Assembly (NCBI GenBank): GCA_963786955.1
Contig: CAWBAT010000005.1
Span: 1,164,127-1,228,126 of the forward strand
DNA length: 64,000 bases
Direction of reading: 5' to 3'
Origin: an uncultured Acidimicrobiia bacterium
Lineage (GTDB): Bacteria; Acidobacteriota; Terriglobia; Versatilivoradales; Versatilivoraceae
The notes under the pieces were generated by a model. It saw only the letters and a list, made by a program, of their open reading frames with translations. It had not been told where the DNA came from and searched no databases. Below are positions 1-8,276 of the stretch, piece after piece; position 1 is the first letter of the stretch, and every line of letters starts with the position of its first letter. The translations under genes were made by a program, and so were the position numbers.

Positions 1-549
1 CAGTTGACCATCTTACGAATGGTTTTCATTCCAATCTTCGTTATTTTGCTGGTTTATGACTATTACGGATGGGCATTTGCAATTTACATTCTTGCAGGGG
101 TGACTGATGGCTTAGACGGTTTAATGGCGCGCTGGCTCAAACAGAAAACATCTTTGGGGGCCTACCTGGATCCGATTGCCGACAAGCTTCTCCTCACGAC
201 CTCGTTTGTAGTCCTTTCAATTAAAGGGATGGGCTTACCCAACTTGATCCCTCTCTGGCTTACTATCATTGTCATCAGTCGTGACGTGATCCTTGTGGCC
301 AGTGTCCTGATCATTGTCATTAGTACGGGTCACCGATCATTTCCCCCGTCAATTTATGGGAAGGCGACCACGTGCTTGCAAATTCTGACAATCTTGGGAG
401 TGCTTTATTTCAATTATCAAAGAACCATCTGGATTGGTATGAATGGGCTGTATCTGGCGACCGCGGCCATCACTGTTTTCTCGGGATTGGATTATGTCTA
501 CCGTGGTAAGAAGAAATTGGTGTCTGAAAGTTTTCAAGTGCACCATTGA
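1..549 (+). CDS. pgsA: CDP-alcohol phosphatidyltransferase, PgsA-like (5' end cut by window edge)
   Basis: ORF 4..549 is open to the window edge. The exact family signature DG-x2-AR-x8-G-x3-D-x3-D is present in DGLMARWLKQKTSLGAYLDPIAD. Several hydrophobic helices. Confidence 0.8.
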   Translation, partial: QLTILRMVFIPIFVILLVYDYYGWAFAIYILAGVTDGLDGLMARWLKQKTSLGAYLDPIADKLLLTTSFVVLSIKGMGLPNLIPLWLTIIVISRDVILVASVLIIVISTGHRSFPPSIYGKATTCLQILTILGVLYFNYQRTIWIGMNGLYLATAAITVFSGLDYVYRGKKKLVSESFQVHH

Positions 550-558
550 GAAAGCCCG

Positions 559-1920
559 ATGAATCCTGAATCCCCCAACAAATTGGACCCACAGACAGCC
601 GGAGTTTTGATCCATGGAGTCGATGCGGACTCGATCGCAGAGGAAGTCGGGTTGGCTGCTGGAGATCGGCTTCTGGCCATCAATGACCGCTTGATCGAGG
701 ACGTTTTGGATTATCGCTACATTGCCTCGACGGTCGAATCTGAGCTGACCTTGAGAATCATGAAGGCCTTTGGAGAAGTTTGGGAAATCGAAATCGAGAA
801 GGATGAAGATGAAGACCTGGGCCTCGAACTCGAGGGAATACAGACCAGGATTTGCAAGAACAATTGCATTTTCTGTTTTGTTCACCAGCTCCCCCGAGGA
901 AAGCACATTCGCCGGACTCTTCGGGTGAAAGATGAGGACTTTCGACTCTCCTTTCTGTTTGGACATTATCTGACCCTGACCAATCTTTCGGAGGAGGACT
1001 TTCAGAGAATTTTCGAACAACGGCTTTCGCCTTTGTATGTCTCTGTGCATGCCACGGATCCCGCGCTGCGAAAATACCTATTGCAGTCCCAAATACCCGA
1101 CGACCTGCTGGGGAATATGCGTCGCTTAGTGGATGGCGGAATCCAGCTTCACACCCAGGTCGTCCTCATTCCGGGAATTAATGATGGGATGAATTTGGAG
1201 CGTTCACTTCATGATCTACGCCAATTTTACCCGTCCGTCATGAGTGTCTCGATTGTCCCTGTCGGATTGACCGACCATCGAAAGGGGCTCCCTCAGCTAA
1301 GGTCTGTCGATGGGGCCTACGCGACCGAAGCCATTGCCCATGTCGAGCAGATTCAGCAGAAGAATAGAAGCGAAATGGGAGTCCCCTTTTGTTTCCTGGG
1401 GGATGAGTTTTACATCAAGGCGGGACATCCGATCCCCCCCCGCTCCCATTATGGGGATTTTCCACTCGTCGAAAATGGTGTCGGGATGATTCGAAACTTC
1501 CTCGACGAATTTGCGGAAACGATGTCTCTCGATTGGACCCGACCTCGGGGTTTGCCAGTCCGCGCAACGGTCGTCACAGGAGTCCTCTTCTACCCGACTC
1601 TCAAGGAATGCGTCGATCGGATGAACACCAAATTCCAAATCGACCTGCGCTGCCTGCCGGTGGAGAATCGTTTCCTCGGCAAAGGGATCACAGTTGCCGG
1701 GCTGCTTAGCGGGAGTGATATCTATGCTTCAGTTCAGAATCAAATGTATGGAGACTTCCTGATTCTCCCGTCCGAATGTATGACTGGGGATAAAGGGCTA
1801 TTCCTGGATGACTGGGTTCAAACTGACCTGGAAACTCGCCTCCAGAAACCGGCCCTAGGGGGGGGTGATCACGTGGCTGATTTTTTCAAATTGATCTTCT
1901 CCGACAGGCAGACCCACTAA
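559..1920 (+). CDS. PDZ-domain radical SAM protein, DUF512 family
   Basis: 453-aa ORF. N-terminal PDZ-like block GLAAGDRLLAINDRLIEDVLD. Radical-SAM cluster motif CKNNCIFC (CxxxCxxC). Overall layout is typical of DUF512 proteins. Confidence 0.75.
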   Translation: MNPESPNKLDPQTAGVLIHGVDADSIAEEVGLAAGDRLLAINDRLIEDVLDYRYIASTVESELTLRIMKAFGEVWEIEIEKDEDEDLGLELEGIQTRICKNNCIFCFVHQLPRGKHIRRTLRVKDEDFRLSFLFGHYLTLTNLSEEDFQRIFEQRLSPLYVSVHATDPALRKYLLQSQIPDDLLGNMRRLVDGGIQLHTQVVLIPGINDGMNLERSLHDLRQFYPSVMSVSIVPVGLTDHRKGLPQLRSVDGAYATEAIAHVEQIQQKNRSEMGVPFCFLGDEFYIKAGHPIPPRSHYGDFPLVENGVGMIRNFLDEFAETMSLDWTRPRGLPVRATVVTGVLFYPTLKECVDRMNTKFQIDLRCLPVENRFLGKGITVAGLLSGSDIYASVQNQMYGDFLILPSECMTGDKGLFLDDWVQTDLETRLQKPALGGGDHVADFFKLIFSDRQTH

Positions 1921-1937
1921 CGTCGCTTCCTTACCAA

Positions 1938-2735
1938 TTACTCAATCCTCTCTAATTCAAACTCCTCCCGGCCACTGACTTTCAAAACGATGGCTGCTGA
2001 TCCGCAATGGACAGAGATTTCCAAATAACCCGAGCTCCCGAAGATCGTGAAGGGCGTTCTTGTTTCGGCTTCCGCATAGGAACTCAAATGCTGTCGAATC
2101 TCGTGCCCGGCAATGCGAAGCACAAACCTGCCCACCGGTTCCGGGAAGTCTTTTGTCGTTAGGTTCGTGATGAGGTTGCCGAACTTGTCTATCCGCAGAA
2201 TCGTACCCAGGACATGCTGGCCCATTCGTTTCGGCAGGGGTAATTTCAGGGTCAATAAATCTTGGATTCGGGGCCCGAATTCGGAGGGAGGTGTTCCTTG
2301 GGAGAGCCATCCAGCAACGGGCGCGAAGATGTCCCTTCCGTGAAAAGTGCGACTCAGTTGCTTCAGAAAGAAACGGTCTTGAATCAAATGATAGATCCGC
2401 ACGTCTTTTTCCTGTTCCAAAGCCGGAGAGAGGAGGCCATTATCGGGTCCGACGAAAAAATAATCCTCTGTCTGAACTAGTAAAGGTCGACGTGAACTTC
2501 CTACCCCGGGATCGACCACCCCAACATGGATGGTGCCTTTGGGAAAAAAGCGAAAACTGGAACTGAGAGCGAGAGCACCGGCGAGAATATCTTGTGAAGC
2601 GATTCCGTGAGTGATGTCAACAATTTGGCAATCCCGGTGAATGTTGAGAATAACCCCCTTCATAATGCCGACGTAGGGATCCTCTAGGCCATAGTCCGTG
2701 GTCAATGTAATCAATGGAATCCCAACGTTCTGCAC
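1938..2735 (-). CDS. SAM hydrolase / SAM hydroxide adenosyltransferase family protein (DUF62, fluorinase-chlorinase-like)
   Basis: 265-aa ORF with the blocks ITLTTDYGLEDPYVGIMKGV, VGVVDPGVGSSRRP and VGPDNGLL that characterise the family. Confidence 0.75.
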   Translation of the reverse strand: MQNVGIPLITLTTDYGLEDPYVGIMKGVILNIHRDCQIVDITHGIASQDILAGALALSSSFRFFPKGTIHVGVVDPGVGSSRRPLLVQTEDYFFVGPDNGLLSPALEQEKDVRIYHLIQDRFFLKQLSRTFHGRDIFAPVAGWLSQGTPPSEFGPRIQDLLTLKLPLPKRMGQHVLGTILRIDKFGNLITNLTTKDFPEPVGRFVLRIAGHEIRQHLSSYAEAETRTPFTIFGSSGYLEISVHCGSAAIVLKVSGREEFELERIE

Positions 2736-2805
2736 GAACCCACTCCCCGCACAACCGCCAGCATGAAGTTACTTCATGAGCCGGCATCAATCTATAGGAC
2801 TTCTG

Positions 2806-3792
2806 CTATCTTGTATCATTTGCCAACGAAAGGATTTTTTTTAGTTCCCCCTCATTGACTTTCAAAAGATCAATCCTGGTCAGCCGAGTTGTCAGCTCCA
2901 CCCAATTTCGGTCCGCCTCAAAAACTGTTCTGAAGATAGGGAGCGATTCAGCAAGATGTCCTGAATTCGCTAAGCCGATTGCGTGCCAGTATTTCATCTC
3001 GATATTTTCAGGATTCAGGGCCTCAGCCGCGCTGTATTCGCGGAGTGCTCCCGCAAGATCACTTTTTTCTACAGCCAGGTCACCGGAGTTCATGTGCTCA
3101 TAAGCCTGATGAATTCTCACCAGGCGCCGCAGTTCCTTAAGGGGTTCGGGGTGATCTTCGACCCGTAAATCTATTTTTCTGTCAAGCCACGGCTTGCCAC
3201 TCGATTTGCCGCTGACAACCAGGATTGCTGCGGACTGTTTTCCTCGAATATCCCCTCCAACTGCTTGTGCAGCTTCTAGCGCAGCTAGCATTCGATCTGA
3301 CAATTCACCTTGTGCCTGGCGATAGGCAGATGCCATGGCGGGCCAGATCTTGTCGTTTAACATAAGGTTTGCTTGCACGGAAAATTGCACTCCGCTTTCA
3401 TGGCCGGCTGCGGGGATACATCGGGATCCAGTGTGGACAGCGACAGTACCCAGGGCGTCGATCATTGCGACTTGGCGAACAGCACGACCGGAATCTACGG
3501 CCAGTAATGCTTCCAGCGCTTGCCTGGCTGTCTTGCCTCCACGCATCAGTTCCAAGCCCAGAAGGCCATAGGATTGATCGACAAAGGACTGTGTGGCAAC
3601 GGCTCCTACTCCGGCTTCTGCCCAGGGCACAAGGGATCCGACGGAAAACCAATGGGATTGGACGGCAACGCCAAGATCACCATTTATCGGGTTTCTGGCA
3701 ACAATGGAATAGGTATGTATGGGCCGGGTCTCGGCAAAGGCGCTAACGAAAGCCAGCAGCCAGCCGACCGTGAACAATGATTTGCGAAGCAT
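2806..3792 (-). CDS. secreted DUF1028-family (Ntn-hydrolase-like) protein with helical-repeat C-terminal region
   Basis: ORF 2806..3837. The preferred ATG at 3792 is preceded by AGAGGAG and yields the signal peptide MLRKSLFTVGWLLAFVSAFA. The HTYSIVARNP...GVAVQS block is typical of DUF1028. Confidence 0.6.
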   Translation of the reverse strand: MLRKSLFTVGWLLAFVSAFAETRPIHTYSIVARNPINGDLGVAVQSHWFSVGSLVPWAEAGVGAVATQSFVDQSYGLLGLELMRGGKTARQALEALLAVDSGRAVRQVAMIDALGTVAVHTGSRCIPAAGHESGVQFSVQANLMLNDKIWPAMASAYRQAQGELSDRMLAALEAAQAVGGDIRGKQSAAILVVSGKSSGKPWLDRKIDLRVEDHPEPLKELRRLVRIHQAYEHMNSGDLAVEKSDLAGALREYSAAEALNPENIEMKYWHAIGLANSGHLAESLPIFRTVFEADRNWVELTTRLTRIDLLKVNEGELKKILSLANDTR

Positions 3793-3890
3793 AGAGACTC
3801 CTCTTGCGGCGGCTCTGGTAATTCTAGTCTTCTTCAAGGGCGGATAATATTTGTGATCAAACTGATGAATTCAAGAACTATGCAGAAACC

Positions 3891-5543
3891 TTACCCCAAG
3901 TTCCCTTTTTTTAACTCTTCGGCCAAATAATCGGTGGCTCGCCAGGCCAAAGCCAAAATCGTCAGTGTGGGATTTTTTTCGGTAGCTGCGGGAAAGGCAC
4001 TTCCATCGACAACGAATAAGTTCTTCACATCGTGCATCTGGCAGAATCCATTGAGTGCCGATTGCTTGGGATCACTTCCCATGCGGCAAGTACCATGCTC
4101 GTGAATAGCCTTCCCTGGCTGATCCACAGTTCCTCGCTTGTAACCGATTAATTCTGCTTTGGCTGAATGCATCACCTGTTCGGCCGTGTCGTACATTTCT
4201 TCCAACATCTTTCGCTCATTGTCGCCAATCGAAAACACGATCTTGGGGAGCGGAACTCCATATGCATCGACGGGCGTCCCTTCCACGGTGATGTGGTTAT
4301 CGGCGCGGGGCAAGACTTCTCCGTAGGGGTGCATTGCGATCCAGGCCGGATAGCGCCGCTTGATCTCTTTCTTGAAGTCTGAACCAAAGCCCGGCAGCTC
4401 CGTTGCATAATGGCTGGCCCCAGGCTGACAACCAATCCCCCAGAATTGGGCGCCAAAACCGCGCAGATAGTCTCTGGGTTTGCCGCGATGGTTGAACCGC
4501 GGCATATAGAGATGCTCTCCTCCGATCCCGTCATCGTTGCTCGACGGAAAACCATAGAGGTCAGGAAGGAAACCGTGAACATGAAACCGTACCTGCTCGC
4601 AAAGGTATTTCCCGATAACTTCTGAGCTGTTTCCGATTCCGTTCGGATATTGACGGGATTTGGAATTTAAGAGGATTCGCGTGGAGTCGATGCACGACGC
4701 CCCCAGTACGACAACTTTGCCTTGTGCCCGGAATTCCTCTTTGGTATGGCGGTCAAAATACTGTACAGAACCGGCCCGGCCCCTTTCATTGGGAAGGATT
4801 CTTGCAACGACAGCGTTGGTTTGCAGGGTGAGATTTCCAGTCTCGAGGGCGTAGGGGATCAAATGATCAGCAGAACAAAAGAAGGAGGCTGTATCACAAC
4901 CCTTCCCACAGGCCCCACAATAGTGGCATGGTGGAAACCCACGATGGGGCTGGGTCAGCACTGCCCGTCGACCCGAAACCATCGGGATTCCGAGTTGATG
5001 AGCCGATCGCTTCAGGAGGAATTCTCCACAACGCATTCGCGGAGGAGGCATGTGGTAGCGGCTCCCAGGGAGGACATCGGAATCATCATTACCACCGCAC
5101 ACTCCGATGAGCTGATCAACCTTGTCATAGTAAGGTGCAATATCTTTATAGGAAATGGGCCAGGGAATTTCCCAGCCGTCGCGTTCGGCAGCCTGAAAGT
5201 CCAGGTCCCCATATCGGAGAGACACTCTCCCCCAGATGTTTGTTTTCCCTCCGAGTCCCCAGACTCGAGTTAAGTCAAACGGCTTACCCGGAGGCGTAAA
5301 ATAAGGTTGCTCTTGACGGCTCAAGAGGAAGTCGGGAGGATGCAGGCCGCGCTTCTCACGTTCACGGGCCTCATCCGGCCAAACATGCGTCCAGTATCCC
5401 TCACGCTTGAAACGCTCACCCGCGTCCAGCATCAGGACTTTGGCACCTTGGCGCGTCAAATTCCAGGCGGCTATCCCGCCAGAGGCGCCGGAACCGATGA
5501 CTACAACGTCATACATGACCTGGTTGGGAACTAAATCTTGCAT
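3891..5543 (-). CDS. GMC-family FAD-dependent oxidoreductase
   Basis: 550-aa ORF. N-terminal dinucleotide fold [33 protein letters not shown]-terminal GMC block HEHGTCRMG...[11 protein letters not shown]. Confidence 0.8.
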   Translation of the reverse strand: MQDLVPNQVMYDVVVIGSGASGGIAAWNLTRQGAKVLMLDAGERFKREGYWTHVWPDEAREREKRGLHPPDFLLSRQEQPYFTPPGKPFDLTRVWGLGGKTNIWGRVSLRYGDLDFQAAERDGWEIPWPISYKDIAPYYDKVDQLIGVCGGNDDSDVLPGSRYHMPPPRMRCGEFLLKRSAHQLGIPMVSGRRAVLTQPHRGFPPCHYCGACGKGCDTASFFCSADHLIPYALETGNLTLQTNAVVARILPNERGRAGSVQYFDRHTKEEFRAQGKVVVLGASCIDSTRILLNSKSRQYPNGIGNSSEVIGKYLCEQVRFHVHGFLPDLYGFPSSNDDGIGGEHLYMPRFNHRGKPRDYLRGFGAQFWGIGCQPGASHYATELPGFGSDFKKEIKRRYPAWIAMHPYGEVLPRADNHITVEGTPVDAYGVPLPKIVFSIGDNERKMLEEMYDTAEQVMHSAKAELIGYKRGTVDQPGKAIHEHGTCRMGSDPKQSALNGFCQMHDVKNLFVVDGSAFPAATEKNPTLTILALAWRATDYLAEELKKGNLG

Positions 5544-5881
5544 GGGGATCTAAGTTAATATATAGAGACTGACACAATCTACAATCAGAAAAGAAACCTA
5601 CAAAGTGCGAACAATTCTAAGCTGTTGGAAAGGGAAGAACAAGCGGAAGTGAATGTGGTTTGAAAGATCGTGGCTGGCGCACTCGTGTGTTTTTTGCATG
5701 ACTGCGAAGAGTACACTGGTTGAAATTTTAAAGGCTTAAAGTTGATCCAGCTGGAAATTCTATCTTCTAAAAGTTAGGTGGTAATTTTGCTATGGACCCT
5801 CTGCCCTCCTATTGCGCCTTCCCGCAGACATGCACAAAACACATGGGTGCAACACTGGCCGTTTTCCATATTATGTTAAGG

Positions 5882-5919
5882 TATAATGTTTGATATTGGC
5901 ATCGGGCAAAACTGCCCGA
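5882..5919 (+). promoter_or_regulatory. perfect TATAAT hexamer followed by a 7-bp hairpin in the A/T-rich 413-bp spacer upstream of the toxin-antitoxin pair
   Basis: TATAAT at 5882-5887. TCGGGCA/TGCCCGA stem at 5902-5919 with a 4-nt loop. No convincing -35 hexamer was found, so the promoter call is weak. Confidence 0.25.
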
Positions 5920-6049
5920 AAACTCATGTTATCAGGGGAATCCTTCCTGTTAATCAATGGTTGGGCCATCCGAGTACTCTCGGGCTGAAGCCGAGCATAG
6001 CCGTAGGTTTCAATTGCCGCTGGCTTGCTCCTCGGTTACCATCGAAGGC

Positions 6050-6361
6050 ATGACGTTGATCCAAGCAATTCGCGCAAAGGTTTTATCGGGTGCTTTTGAA
6101 TTCTCGCAACACGCAGTTGACCAGACCATCCTACGACATATTAGCGTTCACGAGATCCGAGAAGCTATCAACGTGGGACAGGTGATCGAGGATTACCCGA
6201 ACGACAAGTATGGTCCCAGTTGCCTGATCTTGGGATTCACCCAGGCAGGACGGCCGATTCATGTCCAGTGCAGTTATGCCTCTCGCCTGTTGGTGAAAGT
6301 CATCACGACCTACCAACCCGATCCGAATGAGTGGGTCGAATACAAACAACGGAGAAAATAA
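6050..6361 (+). CDS. DUF4258-family toxin-like protein
   Basis: ORF 5957..6361. The preferred ATG at 6050 lies after GAAGG. FSQHAVDQTILRHISVHEIREAI...GQVIEDYPNDKYGPSCLILGFT...IHVQC matches the DUF4258 pattern. It sits 1 nt from the downstream partner gene. Confidence 0.6.
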   Translation: MTLIQAIRAKVLSGAFEFSQHAVDQTILRHISVHEIREAINVGQVIEDYPNDKYGPSCLILGFTQAGRPIHVQCSYASRLLVKVITTYQPDPNEWVEYKQRRK

Positions 6362-6362
6362 C

Positions 6363-6599
6363 ATGCCTGTTGATACGTCGGAAGAGACTTTTGTAGAACA
6401 GAAAGTAACCTACACCCTGGAAGTGCAAGGGCGTTTTATTATCATTGAGCATGTGCCCGCGCGCGTTTCGCTTCGCACAAGTGAACGATTCTTTTCTCCC
6501 GAGACGGTGGAGTGTCTCCAGAGGATTGTTTGGGAGCAAGGACCGCCCAGCCGTGTTATTGAAACCCCGGTGTTTGAGTATCCAGGCGTCATGGCCTAA
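6363..6599 (+). CDS. MqsA/YgiT-fold antitoxin-like protein lacking the zinc-binding cysteines
   Basis: The ATG at 6363 is preceded by GGAG. VTYTLEVQGRFIIIEHVPARVSLRTSERFFSPETVECLQRI resembles the YgiT-type pattern (..VPA.VC..CGE..F...T...L..I), but the Cys positions read S and T. Typical partner position after DUF4258. Confidence 0.5.
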   Translation: MPVDTSEETFVEQKVTYTLEVQGRFIIIEHVPARVSLRTSERFFSPETVECLQRIVWEQGPPSRVIETPVFEYPGVMA

Positions 6600-6603
6600 C
6601 CAC

Positions 6604-6642
6604 GGCATCACCCGACGCAAAACCGCGGCGGCGGGTGATGCC
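6604..6642 (+). terminator. 11-bp perfect inverted repeat immediately after the toxin-antitoxin pair (terminator-like stem-loop without a U-tract)
   Basis: GGCATCACCCG (6604-6614) pairs with CGGGTGATGCC (6632-6642) across a 17-nt loop. It starts 5 nt after the stop at 6597-6599. The following sequence, TCAGTCGTTCC, is not U-rich. Confidence 0.35.
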
Positions 6643-6674
6643 TCAGTCGTTCCGCCACAGAGGAGAGGATACTT

Positions 6675-7241
6675 TTGTTGGCAATTGTGAGTGACAACCT
6701 TGTCGTTGCCCAGCCGATCTCCGGCGGTTTTAGCTGGACACTCGCCTCGCGCATTTGCCAGATGATCACCAAGGCTGAGGCCCAGTTTGGCGCTCGGGAC
6801 CGGTCGTTCACCGTGTTGGGGGTTGAGTTCAGGAATGGAGTTCCGCAAGTTTGGTTCCCCGGTAACTGCGGACATGTCGTAGTCCAACTCGGTCTATCTG
6901 CGATGCAAGACCCGAACCGAGCGTTGTTTCAACTCGCTCACGAGTGTGTGCATCTTCTGGATCCCGCACCAGGAGCGACCAATAATCTCGAAGAAGGCGT
7001 CGCCACCCATTTTTCACTTGAGTTTATGCAAGCCGAACTTGGGTTAACTTATTCGACAGGCGACGCGAAGTATGACAGCGCGTGCAGTCTTGTGCGGTTG
7101 CTGATTTCGACGAAGAGTGATTCCGTCAGAGAACTTCGACGTTTACACGGCCCTCTACGTGGCATTACGACTCAACAGATTTCAGGGATTTGCCCAAGTT
7201 TGAACGCAGGAACTGCCAGCCAGCTAGCGAACCCCTTTTAG
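6675..7241 (+). CDS. hypothetical protein with HExxH metallopeptidase motif
   Basis: 188-aa ORF with a TTG start 6 nt after AGGAGAGG. The single zinc-peptidase-type motif LAHECVHLLD is followed by EEGVATHF. I recognise no further family. Confidence 0.45.
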   Translation: MLAIVSDNLVVAQPISGGFSWTLASRICQMITKAEAQFGARDRSFTVLGVEFRNGVPQVWFPGNCGHVVVQLGLSAMQDPNRALFQLAHECVHLLDPAPGATNNLEEGVATHFSLEFMQAELGLTYSTGDAKYDSACSLVRLLISTKSDSVRELRRLHGPLRGITTQQISGICPSLNAGTASQLANPF

Positions 7242-7359
7242 CGATGCCGGCCGAGCGAGGCGCTGCACCTGAACGGGGCCGCTATACTGGTTTCGCGCGA
7301 CATCAAGTTCTTGCTGCGGCCCCGGGAGCTTGGTCGTTAGAAAGATAAAAAAAGATCGT

Positions 7360-8085
7360 ATGGATAAAGAACACATCCTTTCTGAAATCAGACGTACGAC
7401 CGAGGAAAACAGAAACAGTCCACTAGGTATCGCCAGGTTTGAGAAGGAAACTGGAATAAAAGTGTGGGATTGGAGAGGAAAGTATTGGACTAGATGGGCT
7501 GATGCACTTGCAGAAGCTGGGTACAGCAACCCTAATGAGATGCAAACCGCTTACCCGGATGAATTCTTAATTGAGAAGCTCATAGAGCTAATCCAGGAAC
7601 TTGGTCACTTCCCTACAACAACCGAGCGCAGACTCAAGGGTCATCAAGACAAGAACTTCCCAACTCATAACACATTTTCAAGATTCGGGGGCAAAGCAGA
7701 CTTGATAGAGGCTGTTCTGAAGTATTGCGATACTCATGACAAAGATGCTGAAATCGTTGCAGCCTGCAAGGTAGCCGCTTCCACCGGAAAACTTCAGCTA
7801 CGAGATAGAGCAGGACCAGAACCAATCGAATTAGGTTTTGTTTATCTGATGAAATCAGGCAAATATTTCAAGATAGGCCGAACCAATTGCGCGGAAAGAC
7901 GCGAATTTGAGCTCCGAATCCTGCTACCTGAGAAACTTGAATTGGTTCATAAGATTAAAACTGATGATCCTTGTGGAATTGAAAAATATTGGCACGATCG
8001 CTTTAAAGACAGCCGCAAAAGTGGAGAGTGGTTTGACCTTTCGCCCAGTGACGTCAAAGCCTTCAAGCGACGGAAGACGATGTAG
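7360..8085 (+). CDS. GIY-YIG nuclease family protein (T5orf172/MUG113-type) with N-terminal helical repeats
   Basis: ORF 7330..8085, first ATG at 7360. C-terminal GFVYLMKSGKYFKIGRTN...R..EL......LELVHKIKTDDPCGIEKYWHDRFKDSRKSGEWFDL is the T5orf172-type GIY-YIG pattern. The N-terminus carries two repeats resembling homing-endonuclease-associated repeats. Confidence 0.7.
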   Translation: MDKEHILSEIRRTTEENRNSPLGIARFEKETGIKVWDWRGKYWTRWADALAEAGYSNPNEMQTAYPDEFLIEKLIELIQELGHFPTTTERRLKGHQDKNFPTHNTFSRFGGKADLIEAVLKYCDTHDKDAEIVAACKVAASTGKLQLRDRAGPEPIELGFVYLMKSGKYFKIGRTNCAERREFELRILLPEKLELVHKIKTDDPCGIEKYWHDRFKDSRKSGEWFDLSPSDVKAFKRRKTM

Positions 8086-8212
8086 AACTGCCTAACGCCA
8101 TAGGCTGCACACTACGTCCACCGACCCCTTGTCCTCCATCATTTAAGGGCTGCCCCCTCCCCCCCCGGCCCTCTTGCAAAATTGGGACTTTCAAGGGATC
8201 ATGTGCTTCCTT

Positions 8213-8240
8213 AGATAGAAATAGAAACAGATAGAAACAT
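8213..8240. repeat. three closely spaced TAGAAA(C) direct repeats about 40-60 bp upstream of hemH
   Basis: The sequence AGATAGAAATAGAAACAGATAGAAACAT was read directly. Function is unknown; it could be an operator or promoter-proximal site. Confidence 0.3.
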
Positions 8241-8276
8241 GGCCCACATTATTCCGGGCGGGAAGGAATTCACCGA

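Noticed and set aside
349-1050. Long antisense or overlapping ORFs in the supplied track. Examples: 349-1050(-), 10019-10651(-), 19776-20387(+), 20715-21287(+), 36301-36879(+), 55196-55720(-), 58514-58882(-) and 4722-5273(+).
   Set aside because: Each lies entirely inside, or opposite, a gene with clear family motifs (DUF512, actB, coxA, pyrR, rimI, tatA, GMC). Their translations are low-complexity and Arg/Ser/Pro-rich with no recognisable motifs. They are typical shadow ORFs.
5957-6049. N-terminal extensions offered by the ORF track for several genes. Examples: 5957 for the DUF4258 gene, 6327 for the antitoxin, 17134 for the small membrane ORF, 21966 for cox subunit IV, 25095 for SDR paralogue 2, 30095 for TlpA and 54456 for mutS.
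   Set aside because: The extensions overlap upstream genes or lack RBS support. Internal starts have Shine-Dalgarno sequences and give family-typical N-termini or signal peptides.
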